The notes under the pieces are model-generated. The model had not been told where the DNA came from, searched no databases, and saw only the letters and a program-made list of their open reading frames with translations. From Glaucostegus cemiculus (Eukaryota): a stretch of 64,000 nucleotides of DNA. Position numbers and translations under genes: made by a program. Shown here piece by piece: positions 1-13,165 of the stretch (the first letter of the stretch is position 1; each line of letters opens with the position of its first letter). The DNA is taken from positions 11,408,001 to 11,472,000 of the forward strand of contig CDPCPM010000052.1 of assembly GCA_976551045.1 (NCBI GenBank). Reading direction: 5' to 3'.

Positions 1-165
1 GATGATAATTGGAGAGGTGACCAAAATCTTGGATGAAGAGTTTTGATTACTTTCATCAAGTATATGGAGAGTTTTAAATGTTAATTCTGGAATGGGACCT
101 GGTCAGCTGAAGGCATAGTCACTAATGGTGGGAGAGGGACTGAGGGGAGTACGAGTTGAAAAAAC
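1..165 (-). mobile_element. L2-clade LINE 3' fragment (in last PTPA intron)
   Basis: ggtgaccaaaatcttgg...cagctgaaggca is the reverse complement of the L2 ORF2 C-terminal region (AFS...LWN...AFGH). Confidence 0.55.
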
Positions 166-275
166 TGTCTTCTAATAAGGTGGTAGGAATGGAGAACAGA
201 CAGCTATCTCTTGTAGCTTATTCAGTAATGTAAGAGTTTTCCCTTATGTTCCTCTAATGCATCTTTCTTTTTCAG

Positions 276-350
276 TGCCTCGAAAAATTCCCAGTCATTC
301 AGCACTTCAAATTTGGCAGCTTGCTCACCATCAACGCAGTGGGGTCATGA
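276..350 (+). CDS. PTPA: Terminal coding exon of serine/threonine-protein phosphatase 2A activator (PTPA/PPP2R4)
   Basis: Branch-like CTAAT (254-258) and polypyrimidine tract ending tttctttttcAG (274-275), then TGC CTC GAA...TCA TGA = CLEKFPVIQHFKFGSLLTINAVGS*. This matches the vertebrate PTPA C-terminus (human CLEKFPVIQHFKFGSLLPIHPVTSG). Neighbouring IER5L matches human synteny. Confidence 0.95.
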   Translation, partial: CLEKFPVIQHFKFGSLLTINAVGS

Positions 351-1400
351 ACTGAAGCAAAATAGGCACCAGAATCGGAGACAGTCTGGGATTTTCTAAC
401 CAGCTGCAACAAAAAGAACTTCCACCAAAAAACATGACTTTTTTTCCTTTAGTACAATTTATTTTGGTTTTGTTTTAAGCTCAGACGTGGAGTGAAGTAG
501 CGTGGATTTTTAACGGGTGCAAGTGGGCATCAAGTGGCTCAGCTGTGGTCACTAGAGTTTGCCAGTCTACATTTTCTCTACATCCAGCACAATCATCTAT
601 CTGCAACTCAGGCATGACAGCTCAAGCCAGTCTGGTATTGGTAGTGCTAAAGGATTATAAAGGGAGGGGAAGGGAACTACAGGAATGCTTAAAAATAAAA
701 TAGAATTAAAATCGAAAAATGTGCCTTTGATTGGAAAAGAATTTTGTGCCACTTAAAACCAATGAGTGGATTTGGGCTACTGACTTAATCTAAGGTAGTT
801 CTCAGTTCCCCCGCACCCGCCCCCCCCACTCCCAACCCTATCCTGCAGTATATCTGATGCTGCTTGTAAAATAATTTACTGTATAATCCAATGGTTATTC
901 TTCAATGTAAATGGGTCATTGAGAAGGGAAGCATCCTGCCACTCTCCTCTATTCCTCAGCACCCACTAAACTTCCTTGGCTAGTTTCAATGGATTTTAAA
1001 TGTCAGCTTTTAAGTAAGGAAACAATTGCTGGTAACAGAATAACTAAATTTCTCCATGACTGATTTGGTTGAATATATCCACAGCCTTCCATTCATATTT
1101 AAAGAGTAAGTATAAATCTCATTAGGCAAAGTATTAGGCAATGCAGTATTTAAAGGATGTTGATATTCTCAGCCCTTTCGTGTGTTTGTGTGTATATATA
1201 TGAGTATCCAGAGGACAAAGCTTGGAGTGTTTCATCAATGAGACCTAACCCCCCTCAATGGATTACACTCTGATGATGTTGTTACACATAATGAAAAAAA
1301 TAAAGGTTAAAGGGACAATGGCTTGGTGAATTTTGTTTTTGTACTCTAAGCAATGCAATGATAAGTTATTCATTAATAAAACTTTGCTGGTTTAGGTGGC
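351..1400 (+). other. PTPA: PTPA 3'UTR with candidate polyadenylation signals
   Basis: Largely repeat-free sequence after the stop. AATAAA at ~694, ~1299 and 1375-1380; the last is followed by GU-rich sequence (tttgctggtttaggtgg). The true end is inferred. Confidence 0.55.
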
Positions 1401-1789
1401 TTATGGGTCAGGAGAGTCTTGGTTCATAACCCAGCCCATGTGCAGATAGCTCACCTCAGTCACATTGGGAGCAGGGATCAGCACAACTGGCTTTGATCCT
1501 CCTAGGTAGGAAAAATGGACTGGACTGACGCCTAACCAAGGCCTCCTTTGTTGAAGAATGTGACTAATTGATTGTTTTTTTTCAAAGGTACAATAGGCCA
1601 AAAGATCATCATCTGTGGTGTATGATTCTGTCATTTGACTGCAGCCAAGTGCATACTTCTACAAGTGAACAGCAGGAAGACTGAGGTGTGATAGAGTGCT
1701 CTACCTAACTGGGATGTTGGCTTGATCTAACCACCAATTCATTATAGTATTTACTTGGCTAGATTGTCAAATAGGATTTAAACAACATC

Positions 1790-2440
1790 TGAGAGGAGAA
1801 AGAATGTGGAGATTTTAGGGACAGAATTCCAGAGCTCTCAGCCCAGCCAGCTAAAAGCAGAGCTGCCAATAATGATTAAACTTAGCAATGTGGAAGATAT
1901 CTCAAGAGTGTTGTGGGCCTGGAAAAGGTTACAGGCATGGAGGGAGCAAGACCATGGCAAAATTTGAAGAAAACAATGAAAATTTTAAAATCAATTCACT
2001 GATTGTCCAGGAGCCAATGTAGGTCAGCAGACACTGAGGTGAATGACGAATGGGACTTGGGGTAGAATGTGGCCATTCCTTGAATTACAAATGTTTTATT
2101 TGCAGATTTTTGTTGTGTAACACCATGGATTCTTTGGATTATGTGTCTTTGATTTACATATCTATTTTTCACTATAACAAATAGCATGCCACTGTTCATA
2201 AAAATAGACTCTACCAATATACCCATAATATATTTTGCCCAGCCTTTCCAATTCATCAACTTTTGCTTGATAAAACATTTTCCAGGGACCCATCCCTTTT
2301 GTAAATAGAGGAATCCATGTAGTTTTCGATGTGCTGAAGTTCATGAGGAGTGGAAGTTGGAAAGCTGGCCAGGAGATTATTGGAATAATCAAAGGCATGA
2401 ATGAGTGTTTCATTAGAAGATGAGCTGAGGCAAGGATGGA
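1790..2440 (-). mobile_element. Degenerate L2 LINE fragments
   Basis: agggacagaattccagagctc...cagctaaaagca, ggagccaatgtaggtcagc (reverse of ADLHWL). Same family as 20760-23385. Confidence 0.55.
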
Positions 2441-2489
2441 TCAAGTTCTGCTAAAATAGACTATCTGACTATTATCATATTTCTCTTTA

Positions 2490-2610
2490 CAGGATCCTGC
2501 TTGGTACAAATTACCTGCCTCGTTCCCCCACATTACAAGGAGGACCATACTTCAGTAGTCTTTAGGACATCCTGAGTGTGAAAAGTACTACAGGAATTTA
2601 TCCCTTCTTT
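2490..2610 (+). mobile_element. Deu-type (SacSINE1/AmnSINE1-like) SINE 3' part
   Basis: ggatcctgcttggtacaaatt...cctgcctcgttccccacattacaa...tttaggacatcctgag...tgaaaag resembles the DeuSINE 3' region. Similar copies on - at ~43230-43385, ~57240-57390 and ~59450-59620. Confidence 0.5.
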
Positions 2611-3904
2611 GCAAGGGGGAGAAAAAAGAATTCAAAGCAAAGGTAGATCCCAATGTAGGAAAACAGGTGACACTACACAATGTTCCCTGGAGGCCTGGGA
2701 AAGAGATGGGAGAGGGAGAATGGAAACCAGGAGGGACCCCACATTGTCAGTTAACCATAGCCAGCATTTCCAACCCCCTCCCCCAATCCAACAATGCCAG
2801 TAGTTAATGGGACATCCAGTGTGGATAGAGTCTGTGATATTTTTGGCTCATTCCTGAAGAAAGGTCACTTAACTATGGGGAGCTGGAACCTATGAAACCA
2901 ATACCAGGTGTAATCCTGTGACTACAGGAGCAGAATGAAAGTATATACAGAAAGTAGGAACATTAAGTTAATCACCATCTCAATCCAGTTGTGCGGTTCA
3001 ATTAGATTATGGCTGATATGTATATCTTAATTCTTGCTGCCTGCTAGTTTCTGTACAATTTGATACTCTCACCCAAAATTCCATTGTTCTCAGTTTTGAA
3101 ATTAAGTGACCCATAGTATTAACAGCTTTCGGAAAGACTGGTTTGGATGCCCATTATCCAGTTCGTTGATTAAGGTCTTGTTGAATGCCGCAAAATTTGC
3201 TTGAACTGAACATTCTAATTATGGTGACTTCTTTTACAATGACAAAATATTACAACAAAATGTTATGCAGTAAAATTGATATTTGGCTTTCATTACTGGC
3301 TTTGTAAAAAGTTTCTAAAAATAGCAGTTTACAACAGTCATTGGACAGATTTGATGCAGATGTCATTTACATGAAGTACCACTAGAGAGTGCTGGATCAC
3401 AGAATCCAGCACAGATTCACAACCAAAAGATTTCAAAGGATAAAGAGCATCTCTGTGGTGGGTGAAGATTTTGGATTGAGACACTTGTAGGTATATTAAT
3501 ATTAATATCAATATCAGAGTGTAGTTGCAATTTTATATAAGATTCCCAAAAATGACTTAAAATTTAAAGCAGCAAGTCTCAGGATAGTGGCAAAATGAGG
3601 CAGTTGGGTTGTCCAGTGTTAGAATTATACTGGCTTCTCCTCCATTCCAGTATCCAGGTGATCGTACTGAAATCAGTGTGTTAAATAAATGCAGGATTGG
3701 GTTCAATTATGATACAGCCAGATAGTTTATTAACATGACATGAAACTTAGTCACTTGATACTGTGCCCTTGGAACAGTAGCCAGTCCTGTGGTGAGAGGA
3801 TTCCACAAAATATTCAACAAGATCTTAGACTGAAATCTTTTTAAAGTTTCAGTACAAGTAATTTGTGATATGTCTGACAATACACAGCTCTCACTGTCCA
3901 TTCA

Positions 3905-4140
3905 AGTTTCTCACACCCTCACTGCAACACTTGATATATCCTACAACCTAAGTAATAACACTCCCTGATAAATCCCCTTGTGGTACCACTCTGATATACT
4001 GCATACCTTTTATCATCACTCTCTAATTTACTCATTCCCCTCGGGTACCACTATGTTACACCCTACTCTTCAAACTAACACTGAAAAACAAAAACACCTT
4101 GATATACCGCATACTACTTGTATAATCAGATATAACCCAC
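3905..4140. repeat. Degenerate ~30-35 bp minisatellite (cacaccctcactg-aacactctgatata-like)
   Basis: Recurrent acact(c)tgatata / caccct motifs at roughly regular spacing. Confidence 0.45.
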
Positions 4141-4289
4141 AACACAGATAATAGCCTGACTTGGAAAGACTTGGTCAAGTTACTTACTACAAATGAGAAA
4201 ATTTTTAAAAACTGCAGATGCTGTAAATTAAATAACAAATTGAAAACAATTTCCAACATTTTCTATTACTTAAAATATTCCTCCCTAAC

Positions 4290-4665
4290 CAAGTGCCAGA
4301 ATCTCCAACATGGGAGAATCCAGCCACCTCCCCTTGACATTAAATGATGTTTGACATCATATAGGAGAAAGTAAACCATATGATTAGCATCCCATCAACC
4401 ACCTGAGAGTTTCATACCTTCTGCTGCTAATCAAGGGCAGTAGGCACACAGAAGTATCACTGTTGCAAATCACTTTCCAAGTCATGCACCGTTCTGACTT
4501 GGAAATCCTCCATAGTCTGAGTCAAAACTCAGGGACTCCTTATATCACTACACTATGGGAATTCAGAAAACATGAATGCTTACCACTGCTTTTCTAGGAG
4601 AAACTGGAATGGACAATAAATGCTGCCTTTGTCAGTGACACTCAAGCCCCAGGATAAAATAAACA
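4290..4665 (+). mobile_element. 3' end of old CR1/L2-group LINE (same family as 5640-10790)
   Basis: Matches 10620-10790 and ends in the tail ...ggaatggacaataaatgctg...cagtgacactcaagccccagg. Confidence 0.55.
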
Positions 4666-5254
4666 AAAGTACATTGATAATACAACCTCCCAACACCAAT
4701 CTCAATCTAACCCTTCTCAACCTCATCATTAATGTCAAAAATCTCAATACAAGTTCTGAAAAAAGAAAATAATACACCTTTTCCAGTGTTCTCTGCTAAA
4801 ACAACTGACTTCCCACTACCTAATACTTCACCTATTGGTCATCAACATGTGTTTTCCTTCTGTTTGACTGCGAGAGATAAGTGGTGACTGATTAGTGGCT
4901 TTGAGCAGAGAGCCTCGCTGATTTCATTCTCCCCAGCCAGGAGAACCTTCTCTGTTGTAACATCCTATCTTCATACTTAACAGTATCATCTAATTCCCAC
5001 TGGAGGAAGATGGAGTGTTGGATCATCCTTCACTGCTCAGCTCTGTGTCAGACTAATCAACTGAAACATTACTGGAGATTACAAAAAAAAACAAGATACT
5101 TTCTAGAGTGATTATTTACAACCCCAGCAGTTGATTCAGTTTTGTATGATACATTCTTAGAACGTTGCATCACTGAGTCAATCCATCGAGTAACCTAGCC
5201 TAATCCTACTCTTCTGATCACCTCCAAACTCTTCAAATATCCCACCCTCCTGGA

Positions 5255-5375
5255 GCACACCCCATATCCTTCAGCTTTCCACACAATACAAATTCACCTT
5301 CTTAGTCACTCCCCAATTCTTTCAGCATTACACACAATACAAGTTCACCCTCTTAAACACTCCCCATACCCTTTC
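5255..5375. repeat. Tandem duplication, period 51 bp
   Basis: acacaatacaa(a/g)ttcacc(t/c)tctta...cactcccca starts at 5281 and at 5332. Confidence 0.75.
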
Positions 5376-7383
5376 ATGTCCCATTCTCCCATTTAGTCCC
5401 CACATCTTAAAAGTATGGTAAGCATGAATTCAAGCAAATACATAATTGCAGATGACAATTGAGGAATGTACATTCAATTAATGGGGGGATACTGAACCAT
5501 CATGAGAGTGGATGATGTGATCTTTGCTGGCATTTAATGTGATGCTGTAGGCCTGAGGTGATGCTGGGGACTCAGAGACACGTTGCTTCTACGTTCCACA
5601 AATTCACCACTTCTGGGTGGTGACAATTCTTGCTTATGTTTGATCCAATAGTGTCAGTAATGACGACATTAAACTACCGAGTTTCATAAAAATCCTTTTG
5701 ATGCCTTAATGTCTTTTGAGAGAGGAAATCTGCTGTTGTTAGGTATGACTCCTGACAGAAACCAATGTGGTTGATTTTTAATTGCCCTCTGAAGTTCTTA
5801 TCCAATTACAAAAATAAACTATAAGATCAAAACTGACTCAGCTACCCAGCATCAACAGCAGCACAATTGCAGACCAAGCTCAGTCAAACTCGCAAAGTAC
5901 TTCTCACTAGCATCTAGGAACCTGTGTCAAAATTGGGATAGATTTTACACAGTGTAACACCCTTACTTAGTCACAATCACAGAATCATACCTTTCAAACA
6001 GTATCCCAGGTATTTCCATCACCATTTCAGTCAATGCCCCCTCTTCCCCAATGGCAGGAAGATTCACCAAAAGGAGAGGAGTGTCTACGAAACTTCAACA
6101 ATAGCTCCAGATTCCATTGGATCAGATTAAACCTGGGCAAGGATTGCAACCACCAGAAGTAATGAGGTAGTGAAGTATAGAAGCATCTCCAGAAGTCTCC
6201 AACATTAGCTCCAAATCCCACAACATTGTTAAGGATTGCCCCATCACTCTCATATGTTGATTCAATATTCCTCCATGTTGATTGCACTTGGAAGTACAGA
6301 GGGTAGTAAGAGCATAGACTGCAGTCCAAGTGGAGAAGCTTAATGTGACAAGCTCTGATAACACCACTGCGTGCTGAGACTTCAAGGACATCGCTGCCAG
6401 ACAAAACCAATAAGAGGGAAATGCCCAATTCACTGCCATTCTCATTAACCCACCAATTGTAGATGTATCCCTCTAAGACAATATTGGTAAGAATGACTAC
6501 TGCGGAGTCCTTGCCTTAACACTGAGAAGCCCCTCCATCTTATTGTCTGCCATCATCTTGATTAATGGGATAGCTTAAAGGCAGATCCAACAGCCCAAAA
6601 CTGGGCACTCAACAGGTACTGTGAACCATCAGCGGACATAATTGTACTCCACCATAATCTGTAAGTTCATGAGCCAAATTATTCCTCATTCTACCACTAC
6701 TGTCAGGTGGGACCGATCTGGGTCAATAAGGTATGTAAAAGATCGTGTTGAGAGCAGAAATAGGTACTGTATATCTAAAAATAAATTTCAAATCTGAAGT
6801 GGCGATAGCAGAGGACTACATACATACTTATCGCCTGACCCTGCATGGTACAGATGGAACTATCCAATCCCACTACCAAAGCATTAGATCAAAGCTGTGC
6901 ACTCCTATCTAATCCAGTCTTGAATGGTGATCCATAATTTAAAAAAAACCAAATGAATATCACCAATATCAATGATGCAAGCGCCTAGCACATGGTATGA
7001 ACGAGGCCAAGACCTGTAAGTACCTGTAGCCAAAATGTGCTGAGCAGATAATCCATCTTGGTCTCTTCCAAAATCCCACCATCACAAAGCAGTCTCTGCC
7101 TAATTTGATCCATTCCACTTGATGTCCAGGAATGGCCGAGCACACTGGATGTCACAAAAGGTATGGGCCCTGACATCAGAGATTTGGTGCTGAGCACAAT
7201 GATCCAGAACCATTGAGTGCACAGTACTGGTGTTTGAAGGTGCCAATAATCTGCTAGCTGATGCTCAGTTTGGGTTTTGTTGGTACCACTCAGCTGCTGA
7301 CCTTACTACAGCATGAGGCCAAAAACGGACCAAGGAGGTGTATTTCAGGAGCTGAGGTGAGGCTTACTGCCCTTGATATCAAG

Positions 7384-9826
7384 AACACAATGAAATAGTA
7401 CCAGGAGAAGGCCACCTGGCCCCTCAAGCCTGCCCTGCCATTCAATACCCTCTGCAAGAAACTTCTATTCACCTCGGTTTTAATGACCAGCCCCTCATCT
7501 TGACAATATGTACCAAAGAACCATACAGCACAATACAGGCCCTTTGGCCCACAATGTTGTGCCGACCTTTAAACCTCACCTAAGACTATCTAACTCCTTC
7601 CTCCCACATATTCCACTATTTTAAATTCCTCTATATGCTTATCTAACAATCTCTTGAACTTGACCAATGTACTTGCCTCCACCACTATCCCAGGCAGTGC
7701 ATTCCATGCACCAACCACTCTGGGTGAAAAACTTCCCTCTGATATCTCCCTTGAACTTCTCACCCATTACCTTAAAGCCATGCCCTCTTGTATTGAGCAC
7801 TGGTGCCCTGGGAAAGAGGCACTGGCTGTCTACTCTATCTATTCCTCTTAATATTTTGTATACCCCTATCATGTCTCCCCTTATCCTCCTCCTCTCCAAA
7901 GAGTAAAGCCCTGGCTCCCTTAGTCTCTCCTCATAATCCATACTCTCCAAACGAGGCAGCATCCTGGTAAATCTCCCCTGCACCCTTTCCAACGCATCCA
8001 CATCCTTCCTATAATGAGGTGACCAGAATCGGACACAGTACTCCAAGTGTGGTCTAACCAGAGTTTTGTAGAGCTGCATCATTACCTCACAGCTCTTAAA
8101 CTCGATCCCCATGACCGCTGTTCAAAATTCTCCCACTCATGAAGACATCACAACATGTACCCTGTCATTCCCCCTTTCAGCCTTATATGCCCTCATTCTT
8201 CTAAACTCCAGAGAATATAGACCCAACCTGTCTAGGAATTACCCTGATAAATCTCTTTGGAATGCCTCCAATGGTACTATATCACTTTTTTTAAATTGGT
8301 AAGGGGGCCAAAACTGTGCAGAGTACTCTAGGCATGGCCTCACCAACACCATGTTCAATTGCAACAAAATGCTCCTATTTCTAAGCTCCAACCCCTTTGA
8401 AATAAAGGCCAATATGCCACGTGTCTTCTTAACTACATGCTGGACATGGTTTCACCTTTTGGTGATTAATGCACAGAACACCTAGATCCCTCTGTACTTC
8501 AATCATTTAGAGTCTTTTCCATTTAGGCAATATCTGCCTTTTGATTTCCCTTACCAAGGTACCACACTTTACCACTTTAAAACTCCATTTGCCAAATTTT
8601 CATCCACTCACACAATCTATCTATATCCCGTTGCAGAGTCACCATATCCTTATCACAACTTGTCCTTCCAACTATTTTTATGTCATTGGCAAACTTAGAT
8701 ACCTTGCATTCTGCCTCATCCTCCAGGTCATTAATATAAATAGTAAATAACTGAGGGCCAAGAAATGATCCATGGGATACTCCATTAGTTACATCCATCC
8801 AATCTGAAAAATAACTATTTATCTTCTCTGTGATAGTCAGCTTTCAATCCATGTTAACACACTTCTTGCAATACCATGAGCTCTTACTGTGCACCAATCT
8901 TTTATGTGACACCTTGTCAAATACCTTTTGGAAGTCTAAATACACCACATCTACAGGTTTCCCTCTATCTACTTGAAGAACTCAAGCAAATTTGTCAAAC
9001 ATGATCTGCCTTTCATGAAACCATGCTGTCTTGGTTTGATTAGATTTAACTTTCCTAAGTGAATAGCTATTTTCTTTTTGCATCTAGCATCTTGCAAATA
9101 AGAGCTTTAAAACTAACTGGCCTATAGTTTCCTGCCTTTTGTCTTTCTACCTTCCTGAACAAGGGGCTCATAGTTGTTGTCTTTCAGTCCACTGTTATCA
9201 CAGAATTCAGTGAATTTTGAAAAACTACAACCAATGGGTCCATTATGACTGCAACCAATCCCTTGAAAATCCTTGGGTGCAAGAAGTGAAGCCCTGGGGA
9301 TGTCCTGTGAGTTTTTCCTAGTATCTTGTAAAAATCCCAATCATGAGGGACAAGTTCTTCCATGCCATTTGAAACCAACCCATCTGTTATCATCAAATAT
9401 TTGCAGCATCCTCCACGTGACAACCAATGCAAAAGAAAGTCGGTTTAACATATCTGCCATTTCCTTGTTCCCTGATATTAATTCCCAGCCTCATTCTCTA
9501 GTGGTCCCATACTAACCTTAACTACCCTCTCCTTTATTATATATTCATTGAAATATATAAGAAATATATAAACAAAATGAATATACTGCTCATTTTGATA
9601 TTCCATGCAAGTTCTCTCTCAAAATCAATTTTCTCCTTTATGAGCTTCTTAGTCTTTGCTTCTGGTTCCTTAAAAATTCCCAATCCTCTGGTCTATCACC
9701 AGACCTAGCTACTTTGTATGCCCTCCTTTTTGATTTAACATGATCCTTGACTTCCTTTGTTAACCACAGATGGTTCCCCTTTCTCATGGAATTCCTCTTT
9801 CCAGTTGGGATAAATTTTGGCTATTG
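7384..9826 (-). mobile_element. CR1 LINE (5'-truncated, frameshifted RT)
   Basis: ORF 8577-8798: VTNGVSHGSFLGPQLFTIYINDL...SKFANDIKI...LQRDIDRL..W..WQMEF. CR1 3' end at ~7384-7450. Possible tcaag target duplication (7379-7383 / 9827-9831). Confidence 0.85.
7515..8110 (-). mobile_element. Younger CR1 3' fragment nested in the previous CR1
   Basis: ORF 7639-8112: LYKTLVRPHLEYCVRFWSPHYRKDVDALERVQGRFTRMLP...LERRRIRGDMI. 3'UTR ...gggccaaagggcctgtattgtgctgtatggttc. Confidence 0.92.
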
Positions 9827-11289
9827 TCAAGGAAGTATTTAACTGTGTGTGGCATCAAGGAGCCCTGGTAAAACTGAAGTCAATAGAAATCAAGGAGAAA
9901 ACTTAGCACTGGCTGGAGTCATACCTCACACAAAATAGTCGCTATTGCTTATCAGTCATCTCAGCCCCAGGACATGACTGCAGGAACTCCAGAGGCCAGT
10001 GCTCTAGGCCCAACCAACTTCAATTGAATCATATATGACCTACTCCCAAGGTTAAAAAGGGAATTCTCACTGATAATTGCACAATATTCCATTCCAATTG
10101 CAGATCCTCAGAAAATGAAACACCCCATGTCTGGATGAAGCACGAGCTAGACAACAGACAGTTAGGCATGGTAAGTGACAAGCATCATTCACACCACACA
10201 AGTGCTGGGTAATGGCCATTTTCTACTACCTCTCACCGTCTTTCAAACCAGCATAACCACAACCAAATTCCCCAACATCTTGCAGAGGTGTCGGGAATGA
10301 CCAGAAAATTTAATGAACCAGCCACACAAATATTGTGGCTACAAGAGGAGGTCAGAAGCTGACTATTCTGAGACAATTCATCTACTGACTCTGCAAAGCC
10401 TTTTCATTATTACATATTTAGCAAGACCGCCAAGGAATACTCTCCACTTGCCTGAAAAACACAAAAATCAAGAATAAACCAGCCTACATGATTGCCTCCT
10501 CAATCACCACTTTAAACAATCACACCCTCCAACACTGCTACATAGTAGCTTCAGCGTACACTGCTGGGAAGAAGTACCTTTCAGATTGTAATCTGTACCA
10601 ATCACAAAATAAAGGGCAGTCAGATCATAGGAACAATACCACCTGCAAGTTCCCCTTCCAAATCATACACTATCCTGGCGTGAAAATATATCACTGACCT
10701 TCCAATATTCTTATGTCAAGATCCAGGAATTCCCTCCTTAACATTGCTGGGGCATCTACAATCCACAGTAGTTTGAAAAATGTAGCTCTGCCTAGTCTAA
10801 TCCCACTCTCCAAATTACTTCCTACACCCCATATTTCTTTTCTTTTAATCCTTTACATTTCCCTTAAAAAAATATGGCCTCTGCTTCCATGGCTTGTAAT
10901 AATGTTTCACATTCCAATACATAGAATTTCACAGCATTGAAAAAGTCCAATGAGTCCAATTGGCATTTATGCTCCACATGAGCCTCTTTCCACTTCAATT
11001 CATCTCAACCTCTTGGCATATCTTTCTATTCCCTTCATCTTCATTTATCTGGCAGCCTCTTAAATGCACAAAACTTCCTGCTTTTGGATGTAGACCTTCT
11101 CCAGTTTTGCTCTCTCTAAGGCTTTAGCTACTTCTGCTCCTCTATTTACAATTTTTATCATTTCAAGTACATTTCCTTCACTCCTACTCTAATAAACATT
11201 GCTGCACATCACCCCCACAGTGAACAACATCTGCCCACAATACTACATAGGGGCTCCCCCCTTTTTGCATAGACTTTTCCCCCCGAATA

Positions 11290-11610
11290 TTTGTTCACGA
11301 GACTCAGATGTTACTGCAACACCAGCATTTATAACCCATCCCTAATTACCTCAACTAAAGAGGCAGTTAGGAGTCAACTACGTTGGGATCTGGAGTCACA
11401 TATAGGGGGCAGATTTCCTTCCTTATAGGACAGTAATGAACCAGATGAGTTCTTACAACTATCTGGTAGTTTTATGCTTACTGAAAAAATAGCCTTTAAA
11501 GTTCAAGATTTATTTAATTACTTGAATTTAAATTCCTCAGCTTTGGAGGGATTCAAACTCAATGATTCATACCTTTAATTGCTAGTCCACTAATTTAACC
11601 ACTATGCACA
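11290..11610 (-). mobile_element. tRNA-headed SINE with LINE-derived body and tail
   Basis: Minus strand reads gcatagtggtt...gagtttgaatccc (degenerate A/B boxes), then a body similar to 5680-5795 and the tail ggtaattagggatgggttataaatgctgg. Confidence 0.55.
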
Positions 11611-11625
11611 TCATATTCTCCAGTC

Positions 11626-11677
11626 TTCTGTCATCAGTAAATTATCGAATTTTCTGCCATCAGTAAATTATCTAATT
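11626..11677. repeat. Tandem duplication 2 x 26 bp
   Basis: ttctg(t/c)catcagtaaattatc(g/t)aatt occurs twice, with 2 mismatches. Confidence 0.85.
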
Positions 11678-12104
11678 GTGTCCTTAATTCTTAAACCTAG
11701 GTTTTGCCTATTTTGTAATTAAGTGCAAACTCAACATCGACTCTTGGGGTGCCTCACTACACATTTGCAGTCCAAGAAACATCCTTCTCCTTTGCTCCCC
11801 CCACCCTTCATCCATTGCTTTACAACATTGCTACTTGCCCTAATTTTCCATCATGCTCAGTATTGGGTAGATATTCGGAAAGGAAAAATAAAAATAGGAC
11901 TGAGCTGTGATTGGGAGCTCCAGCATGAACACTGGTACAAAGAGCTGAAAGGGCTTATCCTGTACTACAGTTTTGGTGATTTTACAAATCAAAGTCCTTT
12001 TTAATGGCTTGCAAAATTCACAGAACAAAGTCACAATCTAGTGGTTAGGATTCTAGGTTTAGACTCAACCTTGCCTTGGTGCCGCTCTCCTTTGGTAGTT
12101 TTAA

Positions 12105-12555
12105 ACTTGAAATCATTCTAAACCTCTGCTGCTTGTATCACAATTTGCATCCTCTTCACTTCTCATCCTTGTGCTGGCTCCTAAAATCCCTTTAATTCTA
12201 CCCTCTTATCCTGGTTTTCAAATCTCCACTTGGCATCATTTCCCATCACTTATAACCTTCCCCAATCCTATAACCCTCAGGTCCCCGTTCGCCTTCATTT
12301 GTGCTCTTGTGCAGTTTTATTTTCTTCAGCATACTATGAACAACTGCCTCTTGAGGTACTGGATTCTAGGATTATCTCCCTAAATTCTATCCATCTTATC
12401 TGCCTTTTTCTCTTTAGGATACACACCAAAAATCTACTTCTACGACAATGCCTTCTTTTGGTCACCAATTTTAATACCTCTTGTGACTCAGCTAATTTTC
12501 ATTTACATGCCATGAAACTATTTACTACATAAAAATGCTGATTAAATGTAATTGT
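12105..12555 (+). mobile_element. L2 LINE 3' fragment
   Basis: Degenerate L2 C-terminal coding (…ctggattct…cctaaa…aaaatctacttc…ttttggtcacc) and L2-type tail. Confidence 0.55.
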
Positions 12556-12714
12556 CACATTAAGCACAAAGATATTGTCCTCATATTTATCATTTTAAAG
12601 GTAGGTCTAATTTGAGTTATCTTTATTTTTCACATAGCTTTTAGTGTAAGGGTGAACAACCCAGTCCCAACCTCAGTGACCTACTCCATGCATTAAGTTG
12701 CACTTGGACCTTGT

Positions 12715-13165
12715 CATAGAGTCATACTGCACAAAGAAGCTCTTCAGCCCACCAGAATCACGCTGACCTTTTCCCCTCATCTACACAGCTCTGATTTGGT
12801 AGCATTAGGCCTGCATTCTTCCAATGCTTTGCCTAGTCAAGTTCCCATCTGAATGTCTCTTATACATTGAGATTGTATCTGATTCCACCACCTCCTCTGG
12901 CCGTGAGTTCTAGATATAAACTAAGAAAAATTTTCCCTTCACATTCCCTTTAAAACTCCTTCTCCTCTCACCTTAAACTATGCCTCCTTATTTTTGATGC
13001 CGCTAACATGGGAAAACAGTTCTACCTACACCTCAGTGTTATACATCTCAATCAGGTCACCCCTAGCTTGCTCCAGGAAAAACACTATGCAATCCCTCCC
13101 CATAACTAAAGTCCTCCAACACAGGCAACATCCTGGTGAATCTCCTCTGCATTTTCTCCAATGCA
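12715..13165 (-). mobile_element. CR1 3' fragment
   Basis: ggcaacatcctggtgaatctcctctgca (reverse of VQRRFTRMLP) and a GDLIEMY motif. Confidence 0.75.

Larger units (their letters stand above)
5640..10790 (+). mobile_element. Long degenerate CR1/L2-group LINE (5' segment, endonuclease-like and RT-like regions), split by a nested CR1 at 7384-9826
   Basis: Endonuclease-like start near 5910 (catctaggaacctgtgtcaaaattggga...acagaatcatacctt, TESYL-like). The RT motif ALDIK at ~7370-7383 resumes as K..F..VWHQGALVKL at ~9829. Confidence 0.65.

Noticed and set aside
808-838. C-rich tract in the PTPA 3'UTR with G-quadruplex potential
   Set aside because: The G-runs are on the template strand, so they are not in the mRNA; this is a common low-complexity feature.
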